From Leucobacter sp. (GTDB taxonomy: Bacteria > Actinomycetota > Actinomycetes > Actinomycetales > Microbacteriaceae), in the NCBI GenBank assembly GCA_041655455.1, contig JBBAFK010000010.1:1161-65160 (forward strand): a DNA stretch of 64,000 nucleotides. Direction: 5' to 3'. This document shows, piece after piece, positions 27,770 through 37,017 of this stretch. Made by a program: the position numbers and the translations under genes. Below the pieces are notes generated by a model. That model was not told the origin of the DNA and did not search any database. It worked only from the letters and a program-made list of their open reading frames with translations. Within the stretch, counting starts at the first letter, position 1. Every line of letters starts with the position of its first letter.

Positions 27770-27937
27770 TTAGCGCTCCTCTCGGAATTCGACGTGCTTA
27801 CGAACGACCGGGTCGTACTTCTTCAGCACGAGGCGGTCGGGGGTGTTGCGACGGTTCTTGCGCGTCACGTAGGTGAAGCCGGTGCCCGCGGTGGAGCGGA
27901 GCTTGATGATCGGACGTACGTCCTTGTCCTTAGCCAT
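27770..27937 (-). CDS. rpmG: 50S ribosomal protein L33, Cys-less form (55 aa, below the ORF-track cutoff)
   Basis: My translation of the minus strand is [55 protein letters not shown]. The ATG overlaps the rpmB stop (TAATG). Confidence 0.88.
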   Translation of the reverse strand: MAKDKDVRPIIKLRSTAGTGFTYVTRKNRRNTPDRLVLKKYDPVVRKHVEFREER

Positions 27938-28173
27938 TAGATCTTCACCCCACGCTTCTGCAGATCAGCAACCACGGCCTCGATGCCGCGGGCATCGATA
28001 ACCTTGATGCCCCGCACCGACAGGGTGAGGGTCACCTTGCGGCCGAGCGACGGCACGTAGTAGGTCTTCTTTTGGATGTTCGGGTCGAACCGTCGCTTGG
28101 TGCGGCGGTGCGAGTGCGAAATGTTGTGACCGAAGCCGGGAACGGCGCCGGTCACCTGGCACACTGCTGCCAT
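27937..28173 (-). CDS. rpmB: 50S ribosomal protein L28
   Basis: In-frame ATG 28173 lies after a [91 protein letters not shown]. Confidence 0.9.
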   Translation of the reverse strand: MAAVCQVTGAVPGFGHNISHSHRRTKRRFDPNIQKKTYYVPSLGRKVTLTLSVRGIKVIDARGIEAVVADLQKRGVKI

Positions 28174-28361
28174 GGTGTTTCCTCTCATACCGTGAAGCCG
28201 GACGGCCTCACCCAAGATTTCTTGTCTGCAGGCGTTCGATGATGTTCGTGACCGAACTCCCGCGGTCTGTGCTCTGGGACGGAACACAGCCAAGGGGTTA
28301 CTTTACGCGAGATCCGGGATGTCGGCAACTGCCGGGCGTGTTGCGAGGGATCCCCGAGCGT

Positions 28362-29270
28362 TCACAGTGCGCTCAGCCCTGCGCGATGCAGCACGCCGCG
28401 GATCACGTCGACGAGTTCGACGACCGCCGGGGACATGACGCTGTTGCGTCGACGAATGAGCGCGATGGTGTCGTAGAGGGGCTCCGCGAACGGCGCGACG
28501 TGTATCCCGGTGGGGAAACTGGCGCGTTGCGTGACCGCCCGCGAAACCATCGTGTCGCCAACACCGCGAGAGGCAAGTTCGAGCGCGGCCTCGAGGTACT
28601 CGACCTCCACCTCGGGCTCCAACCGCAGCCCCCGTTCCTGGAGCCGCTCGACGATCTGCCTGCGCGTCGGGTCGTCCCAACCGTAGCTCGCGTCGTAAAG
28701 CACGACCGGGTGTTCGAGGATCCGCTCGATTTGTACGGGCTCGGCTACGCGCGCGGGGTCGCTGCTCGCCCAGAGCACCTCGTCGCGGGCGAGCGGAAAC
28801 ACCTCCAGCTCGTCATCAGGGACGGGCAGCACGACGATCCCGGCTTCGAACCTGCCCTCTCGTACCCCGGCAACCACCTCGTATGAGTTCTGCCCGACGA
28901 GGCGCAGCCTCACACCGGGCCGCTGGCTGCGGAACCGTTCGACGGCCTCGGCGAGGAAGTAGAGGTTCGCGTTCCGCAGCACGCCGAGCATGACGATCCC
29001 TCGCTGCAGCCCGCGGAACTCGCTCAGTGCCTCGTCCGCGTGCTCCGCCGCGTCGACGATCGTACGGGCCCATCCGAGGAGCTCTTCGCCTGCGCCTGTC
29101 ACGGCGAGCCGGCGCCCCGAGCGGATGAGGAGCGGAAGCCCGTGGTGCTCCTCGAGTTTGCGGACGAGCGCCGAGACCGTGGGCTGCGACACACCGAGCT
29201 GCGCGGCGGCTGCGGTGAAGGAGCCGAGCTCGACTGACCGCACGAAGGCGCGGAGCTGCGTGAGAGTCAT
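28362..29270 (-). CDS. LysR family transcriptional regulator
   Basis: MTLTQLRAFVRSVELGSFTAAAAQLGVSQPTVSALVRKLEEHHGLPLLIRSGRRLAVTGAGEEL. Divergent from the HisD-like gene. Confidence 0.9.
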   Translation of the reverse strand: MTLTQLRAFVRSVELGSFTAAAAQLGVSQPTVSALVRKLEEHHGLPLLIRSGRRLAVTGAGEELLGWARTIVDAAEHADEALSEFRGLQRGIVMLGVLRNANLYFLAEAVERFRSQRPGVRLRLVGQNSYEVVAGVREGRFEAGIVVLPVPDDELEVFPLARDEVLWASSDPARVAEPVQIERILEHPVVLYDASYGWDDPTRRQIVERLQERGLRLEPEVEVEYLEAALELASRGVGDTMVSRAVTQRASFPTGIHVAPFAEPLYDTIALIRRRNSVMSPAVVELVDVIRGVLHRAGLSAL

Positions 29271-29342
29271 AGCTTCACTCTATGCATGGAGATACTTTTC
29301 CCCCTCTTTTCCTTCGGATAAACCGCTCGTAGCATTCGAGAT

Positions 29343-30662
29343 ATGAAGTTCACCGCTCCAGTTCTCCGCGCCCTCGACGGACGCTATTCGCACCTCAAGA
29401 CTCCACTCGACGAACCTGCCGCGCAGCGCGACCCGAAGGTGATCGCCACGGTCTCCGAGATGCTCCTCGATCTCGAGCGGAGAGGGATCGACGCCGTCCG
29501 CGACTACGCGGCAAAGCTCGACGGCACCACGAGCGGCGACTTCGAGATCCCCCGCGAGGTCATCGCGTCGAGCGGCGACCGCCTCGATCCCGAACTGCGT
29601 GCGGCGATCGAACTCGGGTCGGAACGCACCCAGGCGTTCGCGCGGCGCCAGCGGGAGGGGCACGTCGACTTCGACGCCGAGCTCGCCCCGGGGCTGCACA
29701 CCGGGGTCCGCTACATACCGGTGGGCCGAGTCGGCGCCTACATGCCCGCGGGCCGCTTCCCGCTCACCGCGAGCGCGTTCATGACGGTGGGCGTCGCGAA
29801 GGCGGCGGGCGTGCCGCACGTGGTCGCGTGCACGCCGCCGCAGCCGGACGGCCGCGCGAACGACGCCGTCCTCTACACCGCGCACGTTTCCGGTGCCGAC
29901 CGTATCTACCTGCTCGGCGGGGTCCAGGCGCTCGCGGCGATGGCGTTCGGGCTCATCGACGATCTGCCCGCCGACATGCTCGTCGGCGCCGGAAACGCCT
30001 ACGTCGCGGAGGCGAAGCGGCAGCTCTACGGTCGGGTCGCGATCGATCTGCCGGCCGGCCCCTCCGAGGTCGCCGTGCTGTCTGACGCGAGCGCGGACCC
30101 CGAACTCGTCGCCGCGGATCTACTCGGCCAGGCCGAGCACGGCCCGAACTCTCCGACGGCGCTCATCACCACCGACGAGGCGCACGGGCGTGCGGTCATC
30201 GCCGAAGTCGAACGCCAGCTTTGGACGCTCGCGACCGCGGAGATCTGCGGACCGGCCTGGCGCGACTACGGCTCGGTGACGGTCGCCGCAGACCGGGAAG
30301 CCGCGGTTGCGCTCATGGACGACCTCGCACCCGAGCACCTTGAGGTGATCACTGCCGACGACGCCTGGTACCACGCCAATCTGCGCAACTACGGCTCGAT
30401 CTTCCTCGGCCCGTGGAGCACGGTCGCGTACTCCGACAAAGGGATGGCCGGCACAAACCACACCCTGCCAACCGCCGGCGGCGCGAAGCACAGCGCGGGC
30501 CTTTCCGTGTCACGATTCCTGAAGCCGCTCACCTACCAGCGCGTCGAGTGCGAAGCCACACCGCTCGTGGCTCCGGCGACGGTGACGATCTCGGCGTCGG
30601 AGGGAATGGCCGCGCACGAGGCGACGGCCCAGATGCGCCTCGACCGCATGAACGAGGAATAA
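29343..30662 (+). CDS. Histidinol dehydrogenase family (HisD-like) NAD-dependent dehydrogenase, probably a non-his-operon paralogue
   Basis: Length and motifs (VGAGNAYVAEAKRQLYG, QAEHGPNSP, APEHLE, GMAGTNHTLPT) match the HisD fold. It is paired with a LysR regulator rather than his genes. Confidence 0.75.
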   Translation: MKFTAPVLRALDGRYSHLKTPLDEPAAQRDPKVIATVSEMLLDLERRGIDAVRDYAAKLDGTTSGDFEIPREVIASSGDRLDPELRAAIELGSERTQAFARRQREGHVDFDAELAPGLHTGVRYIPVGRVGAYMPAGRFPLTASAFMTVGVAKAAGVPHVVACTPPQPDGRANDAVLYTAHVSGADRIYLLGGVQALAAMAFGLIDDLPADMLVGAGNAYVAEAKRQLYGRVAIDLPAGPSEVAVLSDASADPELVAADLLGQAEHGPNSPTALITTDEAHGRAVIAEVERQLWTLATAEICGPAWRDYGSVTVAADREAAVALMDDLAPEHLEVITADDAWYHANLRNYGSIFLGPWSTVAYSDKGMAGTNHTLPTAGGAKHSAGLSVSRFLKPLTYQRVECEATPLVAPATVTISASEGMAAHEATAQMRLDRMNEE

Positions 30663-30670
30663 ACGAGAAC

Positions 30671-30710
30671 AGCCCCTGACCTCGAGTATCAATACTCCGG
30701 GTCAGGGGCT
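30671..30710. terminator. Long GC hairpin between the HisD-like gene and tRNA-Ser (bidirectional terminator candidate); stem shared with 44559-44597
   Basis: agcccctgacc tc gagtat ca atactc cg ggtcaggggct. The 11-nt outer stem is identical to the hairpin next to tRNA-Tyr. Confidence 0.6.
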
Positions 30711-30718
30711 GTGCAATT

Positions 30719-30806
30719 TGGCGGAGGATGGGGGATTTGAACCCCCGAGGGCGTGAACCCAACACGCGTTCCAGGCGTGCGCCATAGGCCGCTAGGCGAA
30801 TCCTCC
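30719..30806 (-). tRNA. tRNA-Ser (anticodon GGA), CCA encoded
   Basis: The reverse complement ggaggattcgcctagcggcctatggcgcacgcctggaacgcgtgttgggttcacgccctcgggggttcaaatcccccatcctccgcca folds as a class II tRNA. The anticodon loop is CTGGAAC and a long variable arm is present. Confidence 0.9.
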
Positions 30807-31008
30807 TCACTGGCGCGAGACCAGCGCGCACCAGTCTAGCGTTATCCGACACCTGCGTCATATCGGGCGAAACGTTCTGCCGAACCTCGAGGCCTCGACG
30901 CGCTCACCGTCCGGGACGCAGCCACACCTCCAGCTCCGGTGCCAGCTCCACCTCGAGCAGTGAGAACTTCCTGGGAGAACTTGAAAGTAACAGATTGGTA
31001 ACGCATAC

Positions 31009-31037
31009 TGGTTCAGGCGCGGGATTCGAACCCGCGC
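31009..31037 (-). other. Orphan tRNA 3'-end fragment (T-arm plus acceptor 3' strand only)
   Basis: The reverse complement gcgcgggttcgaatcccgcgcctgaacca has a perfect T-arm (GCGGG TTCGAAT CCCGC) and an acceptor-like tail. No matching 5' acceptor strand, D-arm or anticodon arm lies upstream. Confidence 0.5.
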
Positions 31038-31069
31038 TTTCTATTGGTTACATTTCAGGAGAACTACGC

Positions 31070-31711
31070 GTGCAAGCACCTTCCAAGGCATTCATCGTCG
31101 GACTCGTGTCCTCGATCACATTCGCCTTTGGGGCCGCGCCAGCCGTCGCAGCAGAGCCGTTCGAGACCTTCGAAGCCTCGGCCGCTGCAGTGCTCCCCAC
31201 GACCACTGCACAGACGCTCGACACCAGCATGAGCGAGGAAGAGCTCTCCGGCGAGTCGCTCGAATCCGTGTTGACGCTCGCAGAATCAGTGACCATCCCC
31301 CACAACTTCGATGTCGCAGCGACGATCGCGCTCGCCGAGAGCGAGATCGGCACGAGCCGCGCCACCGGCTGGAGCCAGCCCGGTGAATGCATCATGTCCG
31401 CCCAGCGGTGGATCAAGGCCGGCGGCGGCAACTGGGTCGGCGGCGGCAACCCGGTCAGCAACTACGACGGTGCCGCACGTCTCACCCTCGCCGACGCGCA
31501 GCCCGGCGACATCGTCCAGTACGAGTACATCGGATCCCCCACCTCCTGGGTGACGGGCGTGCACACGCTCCTCATCGTGGACGTGAACGACGACGGCACC
31601 TTCGTGATCATCGAGTCGAACAACCCCGGCGGATCGGGCCTCGTCAGCAAGGACGAAAGCTGGACCCCGGCTCCCCCCGCCGGCTTCCAGGCCGTCGTCT
31701 GGCGCTTCTAG
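31070..31711 (+). CDS. Secreted CHAP/NlpC-P60-like cell-wall hydrolase
   Basis: GTG 31070 lies 7 nt after AGGAG. Signal peptide VQAPSKAFIVGLVSSITFAFGAAPAVAA. Papain-like Cys...His (GWSQPGECIMSAQRW ... WVTGVHTLLIVDV ... IIESNN). The family call rests on motif resemblance only. Confidence 0.6.
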   Translation: MQAPSKAFIVGLVSSITFAFGAAPAVAAEPFETFEASAAAVLPTTTAQTLDTSMSEEELSGESLESVLTLAESVTIPHNFDVAATIALAESEIGTSRATGWSQPGECIMSAQRWIKAGGGNWVGGGNPVSNYDGAARLTLADAQPGDIVQYEYIGSPTSWVTGVHTLLIVDVNDDGTFVIIESNNPGGSGLVSKDESWTPAPPAGFQAVVWRF

Positions 31712-31823
31712 CCGCACGGACGGGTCACACCCATACGCACGTACGAGCCAAACGAGCCGTACGAGCGTCACACGCCGCTGATGGCATCGCCTCGGAGCCG
31801 AAATCAAGCCGAGGAGGCGCAGT

Positions 31824-33208
31824 ATGTCCGAGGCAGCCGAGCCGTCGACACTGAGCGAAGAGCACGTCGACACGATCCGTGCGGGATACGCGAGCGTCAC
31901 CCCAGAGGGGCCGCCGATACTCGAACTCGGAGCCCTCGTGAACGGCGAACCGCGCCCTGACGTGCAGGTCACGATCCCTCTCGGAATGCTCAATCGTCAC
32001 GGCCTCGTCGCCGGCGCCACCGGCACCGGGAAGACCCGCACGCTGCAGCTTCTCGCCGAGCAGATCGCCGCGCACGGCGTTCCGGTCTTTGCGGCCGACA
32101 TCAAGGGCGACCTGTCGGGCCTTGCTGCACCTGGTGAATCGTCTGAGAAGCTCCTCGCCCGCACCGCGAGTCTCGGGCAGGACTGGTAGCCCCGTGCCGC
32201 CAGCGCCGAGTTCTTCACGCTGGGCGGGAAAGGGATCGGCACGCCGATCCGCGCGACGCTCGAGCAGTTCGGGCCCGTGATACTCGCGAAGGTGTTGGGG
32301 CTCAATCAGACCCAGGAGTCGAGCCTCGGGCTCATCTTCCACTACGCGGCCGAGCAGGGGATGCCCCTCATCGATCTCCGAGACCTGCAGGCACTGCTCG
32401 CCTACCTCACCGGAGACGAGGGCAAGGCGGAGATCGCGGTGATCGGGGGCTCTCCAAGCAGACCGTCGGGGTGATCCAGCGGAACGTCATCGCCTTCGCC
32501 GCTCGGGGTGCCGACGCGTTCTTCGGCGAGCCGGCCTTCGACCCCGCGGACCTCCTTCGCACGGCCCCCGACGGGACCGGCATCATCAGTCTGCTCGAAG
32601 TGCCCGGCGTGCAGCACGCCCTCCGAGCGCACACCCCCGAGGATGCCAAGGCTTTGAAGGCGACCGTCTCGACCTATCCCAAGTCGCCGTACGATCTCGC
32701 CGAGGTACTGCAGCAGCTCGGTACCGGCGAGGCGGTCGTCACCGTGATGAGCGAGAAGGGTGCCCCCACGCCGGTGGCCTGGACGAGGCTGCGCGCCCCG
32801 CAGGCTTCGATGGAGCCGCTGCCGGAGATGACGATGCAGGCGGCCGTGCTCGTCTCACCCTTGCAGGCGAAGTACGGTGAGCCCGTCGACGCGCATTCCG
32901 CGGCGGAGATGCTCGAGGAGCGGGCGACCGATCACGCCGAGGCGGAGGCAGAAGCGGAGCGTCAGGCCGTGGCGGCAGCAGAAGCGGCGGCCGAAGCGAA
33001 AGCGGCGGAGAAAGCGGCCGATGCCGAGGCGAAGCAGGCCGAACGCGAAGCGGCGGCAGCCGAGCGGGCCCGCGAGCGGGAAGACGCGCGCAAGGAGCGC
33101 GGGCGGAACGCCGCGGTCAAGAAGACCGCTGACCGCGTAGGTTCGGTCATCACCTCGGATGCTCGCACGGTCGTGAACCAGCTGCTTCGCAGCATTTTCA
33201 AGAAGTAG
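31824..33208 (+). pseudogene. HerA-like helicase/ATPase (DUF853, YjgR family) pseudogene with nonsense, frameshift and internal deletion
   Basis: Walker A GATGTGKT sits in the first ORF. There is an in-frame TAG at 32187-32189, and the same frame continues (PRAASAEFFTLGGKGIGTPIRATLEQFGPVILAKVLGLNQTQESSLGLIFHY). A -1 shift occurs in gggggctctcc (~32445-32455). The segment carrying Walker B (the LVFFFDEAH region expected in the family) is missing at LLEVPGVQ|HALRAHTP (~32609-32614). Confidence 0.8.
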
Positions 33209-33216
33209 CGGGCGGT

Positions 33217-34431
33217 TCAGCGGCCCGACACCGCTTGATCGTAGATCTCGAGCATTCGCTCGGTGCGTTTCGATTGGAATAGGGATCCCGAAGCCCCCTC
33301 CGCGACGCGCAGCCCATCCGGGCCTGCCGCTCGCAGCTCGGAGACCACGCCGCGCAGCGCCTCCGCGAGCGCTGTGACGTTCGAGTCTCGCACCCGCCAT
33401 TCCGGTCGCGCCGAAACGTCGTCGGCGATCCTCGGGTCGCAGTACACCGTCGGCGTTCCGAGTGCCGCGGCCTCGAACGGGGTAAGCCCCTGCGTTTCGA
33501 AACCAACCGAGGTCTGCACGAGCGCGTCCGCATCACGGATCGCAACGAGCGCCTCGTGGTGGGGAACCGGACCACGCACGGTGACACGGCTCTGCAGCCC
33601 GTGCGCCTCGATCCGTTCGAGCACCCGGGGCAGGAGGAGACCCGCACCGTAGAGCTCGATGTCGGCGTCGAGCCGGGCCTCTGCGAGCGCCTCGATGAGT
33701 TCGAGCACCCGCTTTTCGCCGCTCATGCGGCCGAGCCACACGAGTCGGGGCCGCTCACGGGCGGTGCGTGGCAGTGCGCGCACGGCCGCGACCGCGTCGT
33801 CATCCACCCCGGTCGGGGTGACGAGCACGCGTTCGGCAACCGCCCGACCCATGAGCTCTTCGGCGAAGTGCTGCGACGGCGCGGTCACGATGTCGGCCTC
33901 GGCGGCGAGCGCCGCGAGGTACCGCCAGACGCCCCGCGCCCGCGTCGAGACTGGTGCGCGCGGGCGGCCCAGGGCGAGGGATCGCCACAGCCGCAGCAGC
34001 GCGAACGCGACGGGCGCGACCCGCGTGACGGCCCGCATGCCGGCATCGACGTGGTTGTGCATCGTGTGAACGACGGGCACGCGCAGGCCGCGCGCGGCAC
34101 GGAGCCCGATCATCGCGCCCCAGAAGTCACCCTGGATGTGCACGAGGTCCACCGGTGGTCGCTTCGCGAGCGCCCGTGCGAGTTCGCGGTCGGACCGGGC
34201 GCTCGGCCAGCTCACGGCGTATTCGCGATCCCTCGTGATGGGGCGGGAGGGGAGATTGATGATGGCTTCTCGGTCGGCCTGCGGCGTCACGAAGCCGGGT
34301 CGGTGGAGCGCCGGCGCCGCAATGCTGACGCGGTGCCCGAGCCGTTCGAGGAAGCGCCGCTGCTGCCGAATCGCGACCTGTACGCCCCCGAGTGACGCCG
34401 GGTGCTGGTCGGCGACGATGAGGATGTGCAT
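33217..34431 (-). CDS. Glycosyltransferase family 4 (GT-B)
   Basis: MHILIVADQHPASLGGVQVAIRQQ... and C-terminal GFETQGLTPFEAAALGTPTV (E-x7-E-like motif). Confidence 0.8.
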   Translation of the reverse strand: MHILIVADQHPASLGGVQVAIRQQRRFLERLGHRVSIAAPALHRPGFVTPQADREAIINLPSRPITRDREYAVSWPSARSDRELARALAKRPPVDLVHIQGDFWGAMIGLRAARGLRVPVVHTMHNHVDAGMRAVTRVAPVAFALLRLWRSLALGRPRAPVSTRARGVWRYLAALAAEADIVTAPSQHFAEELMGRAVAERVLVTPTGVDDDAVAAVRALPRTARERPRLVWLGRMSGEKRVLELIEALAEARLDADIELYGAGLLLPRVLERIEAHGLQSRVTVRGPVPHHEALVAIRDADALVQTSVGFETQGLTPFEAAALGTPTVYCDPRIADDVSARPEWRVRDSNVTALAEALRGVVSELRAAGPDGLRVAEGASGSLFQSKRTERMLEIYDQAVSGR

Positions 34432-35597
34432 TAGCTGCCCGGGACGTCGCGTTCTGCGGAAGCGCCGTGGGGTTCGTCACGGCCAGGAGCGGCGCCTTCG
34501 CCCGCGACGAGGGATCGCACGGTGTCGAGGAGCGTGGCAGCCGAACGTTCCCACGAGTATTCGGCGGCGTGGGCGCGCCCGGCCGCGATCGTTTCCGCAC
34601 GGGTCGCGGGGTCGTCGAGGGATCTCACCGCGGCGGCGAAGGCTTGCGGATCCCTCGCCGGTACGAAGAGCGCCCCCTGGCCCGCGACCTCACGGAAAAT
34701 CTCGAGGTCGCTGACGATCGCGGGGACGCCGAACTCCAGCGCCTCCGCGATCGGGAGCCCGTAGCCTTCGTCGAGGGAGAGGGTTGCGAGGATCGCCCGG
34801 TCGTCGAGGAGCCGCGCGTACTCCGCGTCGGAAACCCCGTCGTGGAACACGATGTTCGCGCCGGGGGCGGCGAGCTCCTCGAGCTCCTCGCGTCGCCGGT
34901 CGCTCACCCGGCTCAGCAGGTGCAGGGTGTACTCGGGGAGGTCGCCCATCGCGCGGACGAGCGTTTCGACGTTCTTGTAGGGCATGAACGAGCCCATGTA
35001 GACGATGTTGCGAGGCGACGCATCGACGCGCTGCCCGCGCTCGGGGAGGAGTTCAGCGAGTCGTTGTGGCGCGTTCCCGATGACCACCACGGGGCGCTTC
35101 GTGAGCCGCATCGCCGCGAACTGACGCCGGCTCGTGTCGCTCACCGTTGCGACGACGTCGGCTCGATTGAGCACGAGGCGCTGGGGTGCGGCGCTGAGGT
35201 GGAAGATGCGCCACCCGAATCTGACGAGCGCGGGGAGATCTCGCGGCGGCGTCCGATGTCGGTAGTAGATGGTGTCGTGCAGGGTGAGGATGAGTGCGTA
35301 CCGACGGCCGAGGGATCCGATCGTCTGCATCGGCGAGAACACCGCGTCGGGTCTGAAGCGGTTGAGGATCAGAGCGGTGAACGGTTCGAGTGGCGACGTT
35401 GGCGCGTGGATGCGGTGGGTGCGGGCGCCGGGCGGCAGCAGAGGAATCTGCGCGTCGTCATGGATGAGGTAGACGACGGTGACGCCGGCTTCGGCCGCGA
35501 GCCCGCTCGTGGCGCGCGCGAGCTCCGCGGAGAATCGACTGATTCCATCGTGAAAGTCGGTGCGGATATACCGCGCGTCGAAGAACAGCCTGATCAC
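34431..35597 (-). CDS. Glycosyltransferase family 4 (GT-B)
   Basis: YMGSFMPYKNVETLVRAM, SLDEGYGLPIAEALEFGVPAIVSD. A 1-nt overlap with the downstream GT gene and an ATGA overlap with the upstream GT gene. Confidence 0.8.
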   Translation of the reverse strand: MIRLFFDARYIRTDFHDGISRFSAELARATSGLAAEAGVTVVYLIHDDAQIPLLPPGARTHRIHAPTSPLEPFTALILNRFRPDAVFSPMQTIGSLGRRYALILTLHDTIYYRHRTPPRDLPALVRFGWRIFHLSAAPQRLVLNRADVVATVSDTSRRQFAAMRLTKRPVVVIGNAPQRLAELLPERGQRVDASPRNIVYMGSFMPYKNVETLVRAMGDLPEYTLHLLSRVSDRRREELEELAAPGANIVFHDGVSDAEYARLLDDRAILATLSLDEGYGLPIAEALEFGVPAIVSDLEIFREVAGQGALFVPARDPQAFAAAVRSLDDPATRAETIAAGRAHAAEYSWERSAATLLDTVRSLVAGEGAAPGRDEPHGASAERDVPGS

Positions 35598-36781
35598 TCG
35601 GGGACCGGCTCCCCGCGGTAGAGCGCGTCGAAGGTGTCGAGGGTGCGGTCGATGTCGTGGGCCTGCACCATGCGCAGCGAGGCCTCCTGCATCGCCAGGT
35701 AGTCATCCGCCGGCATGGTGAGGATCTTCTCGACGGCGACGGCGAGTTCGCGGTCGTTGCCGGGCTGGAACAGGTAACCATTCTCCCCATCGCGAACGAG
35801 GTGCGGCAGCGCCATCGCGTCGGCGGCGACGATCGGCAGCCCCGACGCCATGGCCTCCATCGTCGCGATCGACTGCAGTTCCGCGATCGAGGCGATCGCA
35901 AAGACGCTCGCCTGCGTGAGGGCGGCGCGCAACTCAGTATCGCTCACCCTCCCGTCGAAGTGAACGCGGTCGGCGAGGCCGAGTTCCTCCACGAGCTTCT
36001 CGAGGTTCTTCAGCTGGTCGCCGTGACCGACGACCCGCAGGTGCACGTCGAGCTCGGGAGCAAACCTCGGCAGCGCACGAATAATCGTGTCCACCTGCTT
36101 TTCGGCGGTCACGCGACCGACGAACACGATCTCGTTCCGGCTGCGCGGGGTGAGGTCCGCCGTGTAGTCGGAGGCCCGGAGCCCGCAGCTCACCGGCAGT
36201 ACGTCTCGCTGGTGGGTGTTGCGCTCCAGGAAATCCGCGGCGCGCTGCGTGGGCGTCGTCACCGCGGCGGCCCGCGCCATGATCCGATCCGCGTCCCACC
36301 AGCCCCAACGAACGAAGAGCCGCTTCGTGCGTTCGGGCAGCATCGTGAAGTCGAGCACGTTTTCGGGCATGACGTGGTTCGTGGCGACGATGCGGATCCC
36401 TCGTTTCGCGCCCTCCTTCGCGAGCGCGCGCCCGATAATGATGTGCGACTGAATATGGATCACGTCGGGTTTGATGCGATCGAGCAGCCGACGTGCGTAC
36501 ACCCCCGCGCGCCACGGCAGCACGAATCGCAGCCAGTCGTGCGGGTACCAACGCCAGCTCGCCCAGCGATGGACCGTGAGCCGCTCGCCCTCCACCTCTT
36601 CGGTGAACGTACCCGTATTTCGGTGCCCGACCGACGGCGCAGCGATGTGTACCTCGTTGCCGCGACGAACGAAGCCGGCGGCGAGCCGCTCCGCGAAGCG
36701 GGCAGCCCCGTTTACGTCGGGGGCGAAAGTGTCGCAGCCGATGAGGATGCGCAGGTGCTCGGGTCGATCGCTGGTGCTCAC
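35594..36781 (-). CDS. Glycosyltransferase family 4 (mannosyl/glucosyl-transferase-like, glycolipid type)
   Basis: RILIGCDTFAPDVNGAARFAERLAAGFVRRGNEVHIAAPS, FVGRVTAEKQVDTIIRAL, ASIAELQSIATMEAMASGLPIVAAD. Confidence 0.8.
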   Translation of the reverse strand: MSTSDRPEHLRILIGCDTFAPDVNGAARFAERLAAGFVRRGNEVHIAAPSVGHRNTGTFTEEVEGERLTVHRWASWRWYPHDWLRFVLPWRAGVYARRLLDRIKPDVIHIQSHIIIGRALAKEGAKRGIRIVATNHVMPENVLDFTMLPERTKRLFVRWGWWDADRIMARAAAVTTPTQRAADFLERNTHQRDVLPVSCGLRASDYTADLTPRSRNEIVFVGRVTAEKQVDTIIRALPRFAPELDVHLRVVGHGDQLKNLEKLVEELGLADRVHFDGRVSDTELRAALTQASVFAIASIAELQSIATMEAMASGLPIVAADAMALPHLVRDGENGYLFQPGNDRELAVAVEKILTMPADDYLAMQEASLRMVQAHDIDRTLDTFDALYRGEPVPE

Positions 36782-37017
36782 GGTGATGCGGGAGTCCTAT
36801 CGGTCGGTGGTCGGCACACAGGTAGGTGGGCCGGCTCCAGTCTAGAAGTCCTCACCCAATATCCGGGCAGCCCCGCGGTGGGGCGGCGCTCAGCACCGAT
36901 TCTCGCGACGCCCGCAGCCGCTCCCGCATTCGCATCCGTCTGCCAGCTCTTTGAAGCGTTTGCATCCAAGGTGTTTGAGTTCTGGTGCTTGTCGCATGGG
37001 TCGAGCACGCTTGATCC

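Noticed and set aside
28174-28361. A Zur (zinc uptake regulator) operator upstream of the Cys-less rpmB-rpmG-rpsN operon.
   Set aside because: No AT-rich TGAAAAT-N-ATTTTCA-like palindrome is visible in the upstream 190 bp, so no regulatory feature was called.
31005-31090. A complete third tRNA gene around the T-arm-like sequence.
   Set aside because: Only the T-arm and acceptor 3' strand can be folded. The expected 5' acceptor complement is absent about 65-70 nt upstream, and that region overlaps the RBS and start of the CHAP-like gene. It is reported as a fragment only.
30719-33208. An intact prophage or integrative element next to tRNA-Ser.
   Set aside because: No integrase, excisionase, capsid, terminase or transposase-like ORF is present. 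Only a tRNA fragment, one hydrolase and a pseudogene are seen, so at most this is a remnant.
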